Shown here: positions 51,013-58,825 of the stretch, piece by piece | Layout: each line of letters opens with the position of its first letter | Numbering within the stretch: position 1 is the first letter of the stretch | Origin: Planctomycetota bacterium | Lineage (GTDB): Bacteria > Planctomycetota > GCA-002687715 > DRQF01 | Reading direction: 5' to 3' | Assembly: GCA_047639315.1 (NCBI GenBank) | Contig: JBLINQ010000005.1 | Span: forward strand, 337-64,336 | Length of the DNA stretch: 64,000 nt | The notes under the pieces: generated by a model | The model's database searches: none | What the model was told of the DNA's origin: nothing | Seen by the model: only the letters and a program-made list of their open reading frames with translations | Translations under genes and position numbers: made by a program

Positions 51013-51785
51013 TCGTCTTCTCCGTCAAAAAGATCTCTACGTATTTGCCAATGCCTACCGCATCGCGGACATTGGGCCTTGAGTGTCTCGTCTTCGGCAA
51101 AGAACTCATCACCCTTACCGGCGTACATCTGCCGCAGTGCTTTCGCCAAGCGCTTCGGGTCACAACCACATTGAAACCAGAACTCTTTTTCGTCCAAAAG
51201 AGCCAGGCCTTCAATGCCTTTGACAGCCGTCTCTCGGTCAAGACCTTCGAGCCACATCCTGTCCTTCTTAGGCAGACTCGCGACCATCAGAAAACGGTTG
51301 TCTTCCAAATCAAAGAACTTCGCCGGAGCTTGATCCGAACGGCGGCAATATTCCTCAAGAATCACCAAAACATCAATTCCGGCGACGTCAATCACTGACG
51401 TTGAATCTGCGCCCTTCGCACGTTGCGTTTGAACATAGAGCCGATTCATCCCCAGGTCTTTGACCCCCGCCACCCAAGGACGACCCGTGACGCGTCTGTC
51501 ACTGGCGCTGCCCGTGACAAAGATGTTGGTCGGAGGCTTGCAAATATTGAGAGTAAAGGCGCTCGTCTCATCCAATGGTCGACAGGAGTGATAAAGGGCA
51601 CATCCCGCCAAGGCCTGACGCATCATGAGATTAGTCAGGGGACTGTCGTCATGCTCCCAAACCGAAGCATGGGAATCATAAGCCTCATGCAGTGCCTCAA
51701 AATTGCCGATGGCGAAAATAGCTTCCCGCTCTTTGTCGAGATAGCGCTCGATTGTCACGCTACCCGTGGAGTTTTCATTGCTCAT
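51009..51785 (-). CDS. hslO: Hsp33-family redox-regulated chaperone
   Basis: The C-terminal zinc centre is CGC...CPRC (FQCGCDPKR...QCPRCG). The N-terminal domain has typical length. Confidence 0.7.
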   Translation of the reverse strand: MSNENSTGSVTIERYLDKEREAIFAIGNFEALHEAYDSHASVWEHDDSPLTNLMMRQALAGCALYHSCRPLDETSAFTLNICKPPTNIFVTGSASDRRVTGRPWVAGVKDLGMNRLYVQTQRAKGADSTSVIDVAGIDVLVILEEYCRRSDQAPAKFFDLEDNRFLMVASLPKKDRMWLEGLDRETAVKGIEGLALLDEKEFWFQCGCDPKRLAKALRQMYAGKGDEFFAEDETLKAQCPRCGRHWQIRRDLFDGEDE

Positions 51786-51817
51786 ACGAGATTATGCAAA
51801 GATCTGAACTTCAATTC

Positions 51818-51893
51818 CACCTGTACCGTACCAGGTCTACAAGCGTCGGTTGAAACACCTGTACCGTACCAGGTCTACAAGCGTCGGTTGAAA
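51818..51893. repeat. perfect 38-bp tandem duplicate (REP doublet, left)
   Basis: CACCTGTACCGTACCAGGTCTACAAGCGTCGGTTGAAA occurs at 51818-51855 and again at 51856-51893, identical. Confidence 0.95.
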
Positions 51894-52849
51894 AGACGCA
51901 GCGGACTATTCTCCAACGCCATCGACCCAATCTGCGATACCAAGCCCACAAGTTCTGGGTTTGACTCCATAAGAAATCGATATCGCTTGTAGGACTTAGT
52001 TGAAGCTGTCTCACTACGCTGCGTCTTGTTCCCAATCTCGACGAAACTGAGGCCGCAGAAGTCCCGGAGCAATCCAGATGACATGTGCTTCAACATCATA
52101 CCGGCACGGACAGGACATTGTTCCGTAAGTCGCTGTATTGAGCTTTCAGATCTTCCTATCGCGATCAGGATAGACCGGGGGTCACAAATCGGAAGGCCTG
52201 GCTTGGTTCCGTCAGCGAGTTCGGCTTTCCTTGTCATCCAGTCGAGAACGCGTTCAGGGCTCGAGTGCAACAACAAGTCATCGCATTCGTTCTTGCGAGG
52301 TTTACGGAGGTGGCTCTCCACGACAAACGACAGCGCGTTGTAATCGCCTGCTGACAAGTGAATGTCATCTGACATGCTGAACGGATTTGGGAACCACCGC
52401 GGGGGCTTTCCCGGTCGTCGGTAGAAGGCGCTGCAAAACTCATAGTCACTCGGTCGTTCAACCATTCCCGCCTGGACAGGATTATACTCGATGTATGGCC
52501 CGAGGATCTGACTGTACTCATCGCTGTCCACCAATTTCGACATAAACCGTCCACGGACCAAGGGGCCATCGCGATGGCGCGAACGATTGAAATACCTCGA
52601 ATAGCCCAACTGAATGTGGTGCATTGCTTGATCAAGCTGCCCCGAGACACTCACTACGAACAAATGGTAGTGAGTCGACATGAGGCAAAATCCGAGAAGC
52701 ACAATTCTCTTCTTCCGAACCTCCCTCGCAATCAACGAGAGGAAAAACCTCATGTCTTTGCGAGATTCAAAGAGAGTACGCCGGGCGATACCACGGTTCA
52801 TTATGTGGTGGCGAGTATCGGGACCATCTGCGCGTTCGATTCTTGACAT
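51875..52849 (-). CDS. REP-associated tyrosine transposase (RAYT, IS200/IS605-like Y1 family) with a DnaA-domain-IV-like C-terminal HTH
   Basis: HUH motif in STHYHLFV and a catalytic-Tyr context YIEYNPVQAGMV. The C-terminus LSFVEIGNKTQRSETASTKSYKRY resembles the DnaA C-terminal HTH. GAGGTG lies upstream of the ATG at 52849. The stop lies inside the REP doublet. Confidence 0.8.
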   Translation of the reverse strand: MSRIERADGPDTRHHIMNRGIARRTLFESRKDMRFFLSLIAREVRKKRIVLLGFCLMSTHYHLFVVSVSGQLDQAMHHIQLGYSRYFNRSRHRDGPLVRGRFMSKLVDSDEYSQILGPYIEYNPVQAGMVERPSDYEFCSAFYRRPGKPPRWFPNPFSMSDDIHLSAGDYNALSFVVESHLRKPRKNECDDLLLHSSPERVLDWMTRKAELADGTKPGLPICDPRSILIAIGRSESSIQRLTEQCPVRAGMMLKHMSSGLLRDFCGLSFVEIGNKTQRSETASTKSYKRYRFLMESNPELVGLVSQIGSMALENSPLRLFNRRL

Positions 52850-52923
52850 TCTTTCACCTCTTACAGTGAGGTCGTACTAATTCGGCGAGGTGGACCGATT
52901 ATGACGAGAATGTGATCTTTATT

Positions 52924-53011
52924 GTGGCGAAAGCGAGGGGGATAGACCTGGTACGGTACAGGAGGTTGTGGCGAAAGCGAGGGGGATAGACCTGGTACGG
53001 TACAGGAGGTT
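52924..53011. repeat. perfect 44-bp tandem duplicate (REP doublet, right, inverted core)
   Basis: GTGGCGAAAGCGAGGGGGATAGACCTGGTACGGTACAGGAGGTT occurs at 52924-52967 and again at 52968-53011, identical. Confidence 0.95.
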
Positions 53012-53708
53012 AGTCGTTGGCGCCGAGGCCGATGGAGGGGGAACCGAAAGTTTCGTTGGCATAGATCAAAAGAGCGTTGATGAAGCAGATGACGCCGGTC
53101 ATTTCGAGGAACTCTTCGCAGGTGTAGAGGATCGCCTTGGTTAGGGGTTCGGAGTTGCCGAAGATTTCTTGGGAGCGGGCCGAGATGGTTTCGAAGCCTA
53201 TGGCACCGGCCAAAAAGAGAATGCCGGAAAGGGCAAATCGGAAGAAGGTCTTGCGCGGCAACTGGAATAGGAACTTGGCGCAAAAGAACAGCAAGATCGC
53301 TAAGCCGATTTCATAGAAGATCATCCAGCCAAAAGAAAAGGACAGGGACGATCCGAAGATCTTGTGGCCGTATTTGGACAGACGTTCGTGAAGTTCAACT
53401 GACTCATCGATGCAAAGAAAGACAAAGACCGCCGAGAATCGCAACCAACAGCTATGGGCATCGCCTCTTTTCTTATGCCCGGTGGCAATGAGATAGAGCA
53501 CAAACGCAGCGAGGCCAAGGATCATGGATGAGAACAGTGTCGGGATATTCTGTTCGGTGTCGAAGTCGAAGAGTGGGACAAGCCCGAAGACGCGATCTCG
53601 GTCAAACCCAAGTCGAAAGACAATGCCGGCGATGTTGGCAAAAAGCAAGATGCCAACAACGATGAGCAATCTTCGAACCATCGACTTGGGGCAGAATTCA
53701 ATCTTCAT
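53010..53708 (-). CDS. hypothetical multi-pass membrane protein
   Basis: 232 aa with ~6 TM helices. Its stop codon (53010-53012) lies at the end of the second REP copy. Confidence 0.55.
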   Translation of the reverse strand: MKIEFCPKSMVRRLLIVVGILLFANIAGIVFRLGFDRDRVFGLVPLFDFDTEQNIPTLFSSMILGLAAFVLYLIATGHKKRGDAHSCWLRFSAVFVFLCIDESVELHERLSKYGHKIFGSSLSFSFGWMIFYEIGLAILLFFCAKFLFQLPRKTFFRFALSGILFLAGAIGFETISARSQEIFGNSEPLTKAILYTCEEFLEMTGVICFINALLIYANETFGSPSIGLGAND

Positions 53709-53794
53709 CTGATTTCCGTGCTGAGCCTGAGAGCCGCATTTTCGAGCTTGAAGCCGGCATGGGGCTTTTCACTCCTATCGGAATATTCCCCAAT

Positions 53795-53808
53795 TACCCT
53801 TAAGGGTA
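53795..53808. promoter_or_regulatory. perfect 14-bp palindrome in a divergent intergenic region (candidate operator)
   Basis: TACCCTTAAGGGTA lies between the divergently transcribed 53708(-) and 54120(+) genes. Confidence 0.3.
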
Positions 53809-54119
53809 TTCATGCACTGGGCGGGCCAAGTCCACCCGTGGCCAAATCGGCGTGAACGCTGCCTCAGAACCCCGAAACCTATGAAATGGACAATTGTGTA
53901 GGTTGCCGCCGTGACCCAAGGAGAGCCCGTTAGCCAACCAAAATCACTATAGACCTCCCCTGAGAGCTTCATCAAGATCTTTGGCGCCATGCTCGGCGGT
54001 GATAAGAAGTAAAGTGCCGCGGGGAGGCGAATTCGGAAAAACCAGAGAATCTGGGCTCTCCTCGGTGACAACTGCAATCATGCGAGGGGCGAGAGAATAC
54101 CCCGATTTGGAGCAGGTTC

Positions 54120-56183
54120 TTGACTACGCGATTCATCATCAAACTGACAGCTTGCCTCGGTGCTCTGCTGATTCTGGCGAGTTGTCCGAGCTCGCCTTTG
54201 ACGATGGTCACCCACGATCAGGACATTCAGTTGACTCCCGTCTTCCAAGGTCGCAAGTTTGCTCGGCCCGTCTTCCTCACTCATGCTCCTGGCGAAAAAG
54301 AAACGCTCTACGTCGTTGAGCAAAAGGGTCTCGTCCTACGGATGGAGAACACCGCGTCTGACGCCCGCCGCATCTTCCTTGACATTCGCGAGCGCGTCAG
54401 CCGTGCAGGCAATGAAGAAGGACTCTTGGGTTTGGCATTCCACCCAGACTATGCCTCGAACGGGCGGCTCTTCCTGCACTATTCGAAAGCCGACCCAAGA
54501 GAGGGACTTATTAGCGAATTCCGACTGGCACCAGACCGCCAGTCCGTTGACCCAAAATCAGAGCGCGTCCTCTTGCGTCAAGAACAGCCGTTTTCGAATC
54601 ACAATGGCGGCTCAATTGAGTTTGGACCGGACGGCATGTTGTACGTGTCATTCGGCGACGGCGGTTCTGCCGGAGATCCGGGCAATCGCAGTCAAGATCT
54701 CACCACTCTCTTGGGCAAGATGCTCCGCATTGATGTCGATAGCAGAACCAACTCCTTGGCGTATGGCATTCCCAAAGACAATCCCTTCGCCGGCACCAAC
54801 AAAGTGCGCGGCGAAATTTGGGCCCTTGGCCTGCGCAACACTTATCGATTTTCGTTCGACCCAGTCACCGAAAAACTGTGGGGTGGAGACGTCGGCCAAT
54901 GGCGCCGCGAAGAGATCAACATCATTCGCAAAGGCGGCAACTACGGCTGGAAAAAGTATGAGGGCAATGAGCAGTTTTCATCAACGGCGCTGAGCACTGG
55001 GGCGGCGATCAGTCCCGTCACCACCTACCGCAGGAGTGAAGGGTTTTCTGTGACGGGCGGCTACGTCTATCGCGGTGAGAAAATTCCAAGGCTCAAAGGA
55101 ATCTACATTTTCGCCGATTACGTTTCCGGGCGCATTTGGGGCCTATGGCCGATGGGCCGCGGGCAATATCAAAAGCGTCATCTCATGGACACGCACCTCC
55201 GCATCTCTTCTTTTGGCGTCGACCAAGACGGCGAGCTCTACGTCTGTAACCATGATGGCGCCGTTTATCGCCTAGAGCCCAACTTCGATAGCAACGCTCA
55301 AGATAACGAATTCCCTTTTCGCCTCGCTGAAGCCGATTTCTTCAAGCGGCACGATGAGTGGCAGCCTTACCAAGTGGTTTCACCTTTATGGTCAGACGGC
55401 TTGAAGAAAAACCGCTACATCTTGCGCCCGCCTAATAACCCACCGCTCACCGCATCTGAAGACCGTTTCGCCTTTGCCGACGGCACCTACTTCATCAAAG
55501 AATTCTACTACGAGCAACATGGTGCCAAGCGCCTCATTGAGTCGCGGGTCATCGTCAAACGTAGAGGTCGGTTTCATGCTGTCTCATACCTGTGGGATGA
55601 AAGAGGTGAAACCGCAGAACGATGCGACGAAGTCAGTCGTGTCAAATGGCCAAGTGCCAAGGGGATGCTGAGCTGGCAAGTTCCGAGCCCGAATCAATGT
55701 CACCAATGCCACATCGAGAAAGACAACTTCATCCTCGGCTTCAAGCCGATCCAGCTGGTCAACAACGGTGAGCTGGCGCGCTTGCAGGAGTTGAAATGCG
55801 TAGACCCCCAGATTCCGCTTGATCTTGCGCACCTACTCACCGACCCAAGCGATGAAGGGCTCCCTCTTGAGGGCAGAGCTCGGTCCTATCTCGATACCAA
55901 CTGCGCAAACTGTCATCGCCCGGATGGCATTGGCAATAGCCCGATCGACCTGAGGCGAAGTTCTGAACTTGCCAAGACGAACATGATTGATGAGACAGCG
56001 CATCATGGAATCTTCGGGGTCGAGGATGCTAAGATTGTCTCCCCCGGGGCGCCCGACAAATCAGTTCTTCTCAATCGGATGGAATCTCGTGGCATTGGAC
56101 ACATGCCACCACTGGGCACGTCGATCGTCGATGACATGGGCACCCAACTCATTCGCTCCTGGATCCTTGGGCTCAAGCACTAG
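54120..56183 (+). CDS. PQQ-dependent sugar dehydrogenase-like beta-propeller fused to a dihaem cytochrome c-type C-terminal region; lipoprotein
   Basis: TTG start with GGAG upstream and lipobox LILASCP. The SGDH-like motifs are GLLGLAFHPDY, HNGG.IEFGPDGMLY and GLRNTYRFSFD. Two CxxCH motifs occur at 55698-55712 and 55902-55916. Confidence 0.75.
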   Translation: MTTRFIIKLTACLGALLILASCPSSPLTMVTHDQDIQLTPVFQGRKFARPVFLTHAPGEKETLYVVEQKGLVLRMENTASDARRIFLDIRERVSRAGNEEGLLGLAFHPDYASNGRLFLHYSKADPREGLISEFRLAPDRQSVDPKSERVLLRQEQPFSNHNGGSIEFGPDGMLYVSFGDGGSAGDPGNRSQDLTTLLGKMLRIDVDSRTNSLAYGIPKDNPFAGTNKVRGEIWALGLRNTYRFSFDPVTEKLWGGDVGQWRREEINIIRKGGNYGWKKYEGNEQFSSTALSTGAAISPVTTYRRSEGFSVTGGYVYRGEKIPRLKGIYIFADYVSGRIWGLWPMGRGQYQKRHLMDTHLRISSFGVDQDGELYVCNHDGAVYRLEPNFDSNAQDNEFPFRLAEADFFKRHDEWQPYQVVSPLWSDGLKKNRYILRPPNNPPLTASEDRFAFADGTYFIKEFYYEQHGAKRLIESRVIVKRRGRFHAVSYLWDERGETAERCDEVSRVKWPSAKGMLSWQVPSPNQCHQCHIEKDNFILGFKPIQLVNNGELARLQELKCVDPQIPLDLAHLLTDPSDEGLPLEGRARSYLDTNCANCHRPDGIGNSPIDLRRSSELAKTNMIDETAHHGIFGVEDAKIVSPGAPDKSVLLNRMESRGIGHMPPLGTSIVDDMGTQLIRSWILGLKH

Positions 56184-56237
56184 GTGGTTTGCACCACCGC
56201 TATCGCCGCACTGCTTAAAAAAATCTCACTCACCTGA

Positions 56238-56317
56238 AGTCGCAAAGCTCCCATCGACGATCGCGCACCTAAAAGAATGCCATTGGACGCCAGCGCTCCC
56301 AGGTTAGTTTGCCACCT
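56238..56317. repeat. 80-bp intergenic repeat, copy A
   Basis: AGTCGCAAAGCTCCCATCGACGATCGCGCACCTAAAAGAATGCC... is ~85% identical by eye to 56590-56669. Confidence 0.8.
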
Positions 56318-56461
56318 CTCATTCTTTTCAATGACCTCATACTCAGTCACCGTCAAAAACAAGACATTGGGCTCATGGTGTCGGATTGGCATTAGTTACC
56401 CGAGTTGGTTTGCCACCTTCCCTCGTCAGTACGGTGCCCTCAAAGCATCAGCATCCCCAAA

Positions 56462-56584
56462 GGTGCCTGGCTCATGTTAGTAGTCCAAAGCCAAAAAAAC
56501 CCGATGCGCATCTCTGCCTTACCCTGCCCGATCCTCCCAATGAACCATCAACCCCAATAGGGCTACTAACATGTGCCTGGCACC
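56462..56584. repeat. imperfect 24-bp inverted repeat pair flanking 74 bp
   Basis: GGTGCCTGGCTCATGTTAGTAGTC (56462-56485) pairs with the reverse complement of GGCTACTAACATGTGCCTGGCACC (56561-56584), 21/24 matching. Confidence 0.75.
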
Positions 56585-56589
56585 GTACT

Positions 56590-56689
56590 AGTCGCCAAGC
56601 TCCCATCGACTATCGCGCACCTATAAGAATGCCGGCGGGACGCCGGCGCTCCCTGTTGGCTCGCCACCTTCCCTCGTTAGTACGGTGCC
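56590..56689. repeat. 80-bp intergenic repeat, copy B, plus extension, closed by 12-bp inverted arms
   Basis: Copy B spans 56590-56669. Its extension to 56689 matches 56405-56438. GGCACCGTACTA (56579-56590) is the exact reverse complement of TAGTACGGTGCC (56678-56689). Confidence 0.8.
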
Positions 56690-56808
56690 TGTTACTTTCT
56701 CACTACGTTTGTGAGCCTGACACAAATTCGTCACCTCCGATTGACGCTAAGCCCCAACTCCCCTCGCAGCGCTCTTCAACGTAGACATCTTCCCCAGCTT
56801 TCATTGGA

Positions 56809-57495
56809 ATGGGCGCGGAGGGACGAATGAAACTCAGATGGATTCTAAATCGTTGGCGGCTCAAACTTGCTCTCGCACTTGGGCTTCTTGTTCTTGGGAC
56901 CACAAGCATTTGGCTGAACCATGACTACGTCGCGGCGTCGACTCGTGACCAGATCTTTCAAGAAGTTGGCGACTGCCCCCAGGCCCCGATTGCCCTCCTC
57001 TTAGGCGTCGCTAAGTACTCAGGCAAGAACTTCAACCACTTTTACTGGCCCCGCGTGCGGGCTGCGGCAGAGCTTTGTCTGCAGCGTCGCGTCCGCGGCA
57101 TTCTGATCAGCGGCGACAACGGACGCTCGAACTACAACGAACCGCAAGAGATGAAGGAAGACCTAATTGATCTGGGCATTCCCGAAGAGCACCTGACTTG
57201 CGACTTCGCCGGCTTTCGCACGCTTGACTCGATCGTTCGCGCCAAGGCGGTTTTTGGTCAAGATGAGTTTGTCGTCATATCTCAGCGTTTTCACTGTGAA
57301 CGCGCCCTATTCTTAGCCAATCATCTTGGATGCCGAGCCTGGGGCTTCGAGGCCAATGCCGTGACTGGGCATTGGGGTGCAAAAGCAAAAAGGAGAGAGG
57401 TCCTTGCTCGCGGCAAGGCAACACTCGATCTCCTCATTGGCACCAAGCCCAAATACCTCGGTGCCGAGGTCTTTGTGCCTTTGAGGAGTGAGTGA
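56809..57495 (+). CDS. sanA: SanA/YdcF (DUF218) family protein
   Basis: N-terminal TM, then ISGDNGRSNYNEPQEMKEDLIDLGIPEEHL..DFAGFRTLDS, typical of SanA. Confidence 0.75.
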   Translation: MGAEGRMKLRWILNRWRLKLALALGLLVLGTTSIWLNHDYVAASTRDQIFQEVGDCPQAPIALLLGVAKYSGKNFNHFYWPRVRAAAELCLQRRVRGILISGDNGRSNYNEPQEMKEDLIDLGIPEEHLTCDFAGFRTLDSIVRAKAVFGQDEFVVISQRFHCERALFLANHLGCRAWGFEANAVTGHWGAKAKRREVLARGKATLDLLIGTKPKYLGAEVFVPLRSE

Positions 57496-57505
57496 ATAAA
57501 GCCCT

Positions 57506-58825
57506 TTAGCCTTCGAAGTAAGTGTCGACCAAATCCAAGCCTCGGTCGATGATCTCGAAGCCATCTAAGAGTTGCTCTTTCGTGATACAGAGCGGCGGGT
57601 TGCACATGAAGCTGCCCCACCGAATGAAGGTAAAAAGACCGTTGTCGCGGAAGAATTTACCCAAGGCCGCCATGGCCGGTGATGTGCCATTGTATGGCGC
57701 CATTGGATCTCCCTTGGCATTCTTTTGAAGATCGATCATGCCGAAGAGCCCAGTGGCACGCCCCTCCTTCATGCAAGGGTGCTTGGCTTGGAGTCGATCC
57801 ATTTCAGATCGCATGACCGACTCCATGTTGGCGGCATTCTCGACCAGGCCTTCGCTCAACAAGACGTCAATGACGGCCAAAGCGGTTTCACATGCAAATG
57901 CGTGGGCATTATAAGTCAGGCCGCCCCAATAGACATTGTCTCGGAAGTGGTCGGCAATCGGTTGGCTCACTCCCATGGCACCCAAGGGGCAATAGGAACT
58001 GGTGAGCCCCTTCGCCATGGTGATGATGTCGGGTGTCATTTCTTCGCGCATGAAGGCAAAGAGCTTTCCGGTTCGGCCCCACCCCGACATCACTTCGTCC
58101 AAGATAAGCAAAATGCCGTTCTTGCTAAGTAATTCCTTCAGACCCACGAGGTAACCAGCCGGTGGTGGCATCACGCCGTTCGTACCGACGACAGGTTCGA
58201 TGATCATCGCGGCGATGTTCGCGGCGCCCTCGTAAGCAATCACTTCCTCCAAGTAGGTGAGATTGTTGCGAACGATCTCTTCGTCTGTTTCGCCAAAGGA
58301 GAAGTCGTAGGGGCGTGGGTCCATCACGCGGATCACGCCCGGCATACCTGGTTCGGCCGCCCAACGGCGTGGGTCGCCGGTGAGTTGCAACGCGGCGTTG
58401 GTGCCGCCGTGGTAACTCCGATAGCGAGACAAGATCTTGTGCTTACCAGTGTAGAGGCGTGCCGCACGAATCGCGTTCTCATTGGCTTCGGCGCCGCCCA
58501 AAGTAAAGAAGAAACTATTGATGTTGCCAGGAACCAAGTCGGCCAGCCTCTTTCCTAAGAGCGCGCGAGGTTTAGTAGCTGCGCCGGGATAGACGTAAAG
58601 GAGGCGTTCGGCTGCCGCCTTCATGGCCGCCACAACCTTCGGGTGGCTGTGACCTATGTTCACACTCATGGTTTGGCTGTTGAAGTCGAGCCAACGTGTT
58701 CCGTCCGGGGCGAAGAGATACACACCTTCGGCCCGCTCAATTGCCATGGGATCAACGGAGCCAGATGCCGCCCACGAGAACATGGTGTGTTCGAGGCAGA
58801 GCCTCTTCATTTCTTCTGCGTCCAT
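57506..58825 (-). CDS. class-III (omega) aminotransferase, probable beta-alanine:pyruvate/2-oxoglutarate transaminase
   Basis: 439 aa from the ATG at 58825, which overlaps the mmsA stop at a TAATG junction. It has the class-III pattern and the context of a pyrimidine-degradation operon. The track start at 59002 is rejected. Confidence 0.8.
   Translation of the reverse strand: MDAEEMKRLCLEHTMFSWAASGSVDPMAIERAEGVYLFAPDGTRWLDFNSQTMSVNIGHSHPKVVAAMKAAAERLLYVYPGAATKPRALLGKRLADLVPGNINSFFFTLGGAEANENAIRAARLYTGKHKILSRYRSYHGGTNAALQLTGDPRRWAAEPGMPGVIRVMDPRPYDFSFGETDEEIVRNNLTYLEEVIAYEGAANIAAMIIEPVVGTNGVMPPPAGYLVGLKELLSKNGILLILDEVMSGWGRTGKLFAFMREEMTPDIITMAKGLTSSYCPLGAMGVSQPIADHFRDNVYWGGLTYNAHAFACETALAVIDVLLSEGLVENAANMESVMRSEMDRLQAKHPCMKEGRATGLFGMIDLQKNAKGDPMAPYNGTSPAMAALGKFFRDNGLFTFIRWGSFMCNPPLCITKEQLLDGFEIIDRGLDLVDTYFEG

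Larger units (their letters stand above)
51818..53011 (-). mobile_element. REPtron: a RAYT gene bracketed by inverted doublets of REP-like repeats
   Basis: The 20-nt core CCTGTACCGTACCAGGTCTA occurs twice on the left, and its reverse complement occurs twice on the right, of a Y1 (HUH) transposase-like ORF. Confidence 0.8.

Noticed and set aside
51818-53011. CRISPR array
   Set aside because: Only two repeat copies occur per side. They are directly abutting with no spacers, the two sides are in inverted orientation, and they flank a Y1-transposase-like gene. No cas genes are present.
56386-56784. 132-aa ORF in the sanA upstream gap
   Set aside because: It is Pro/Ser/Arg-rich and low-complexity with no start context. 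It is fully explained by the repeat array it overlaps.
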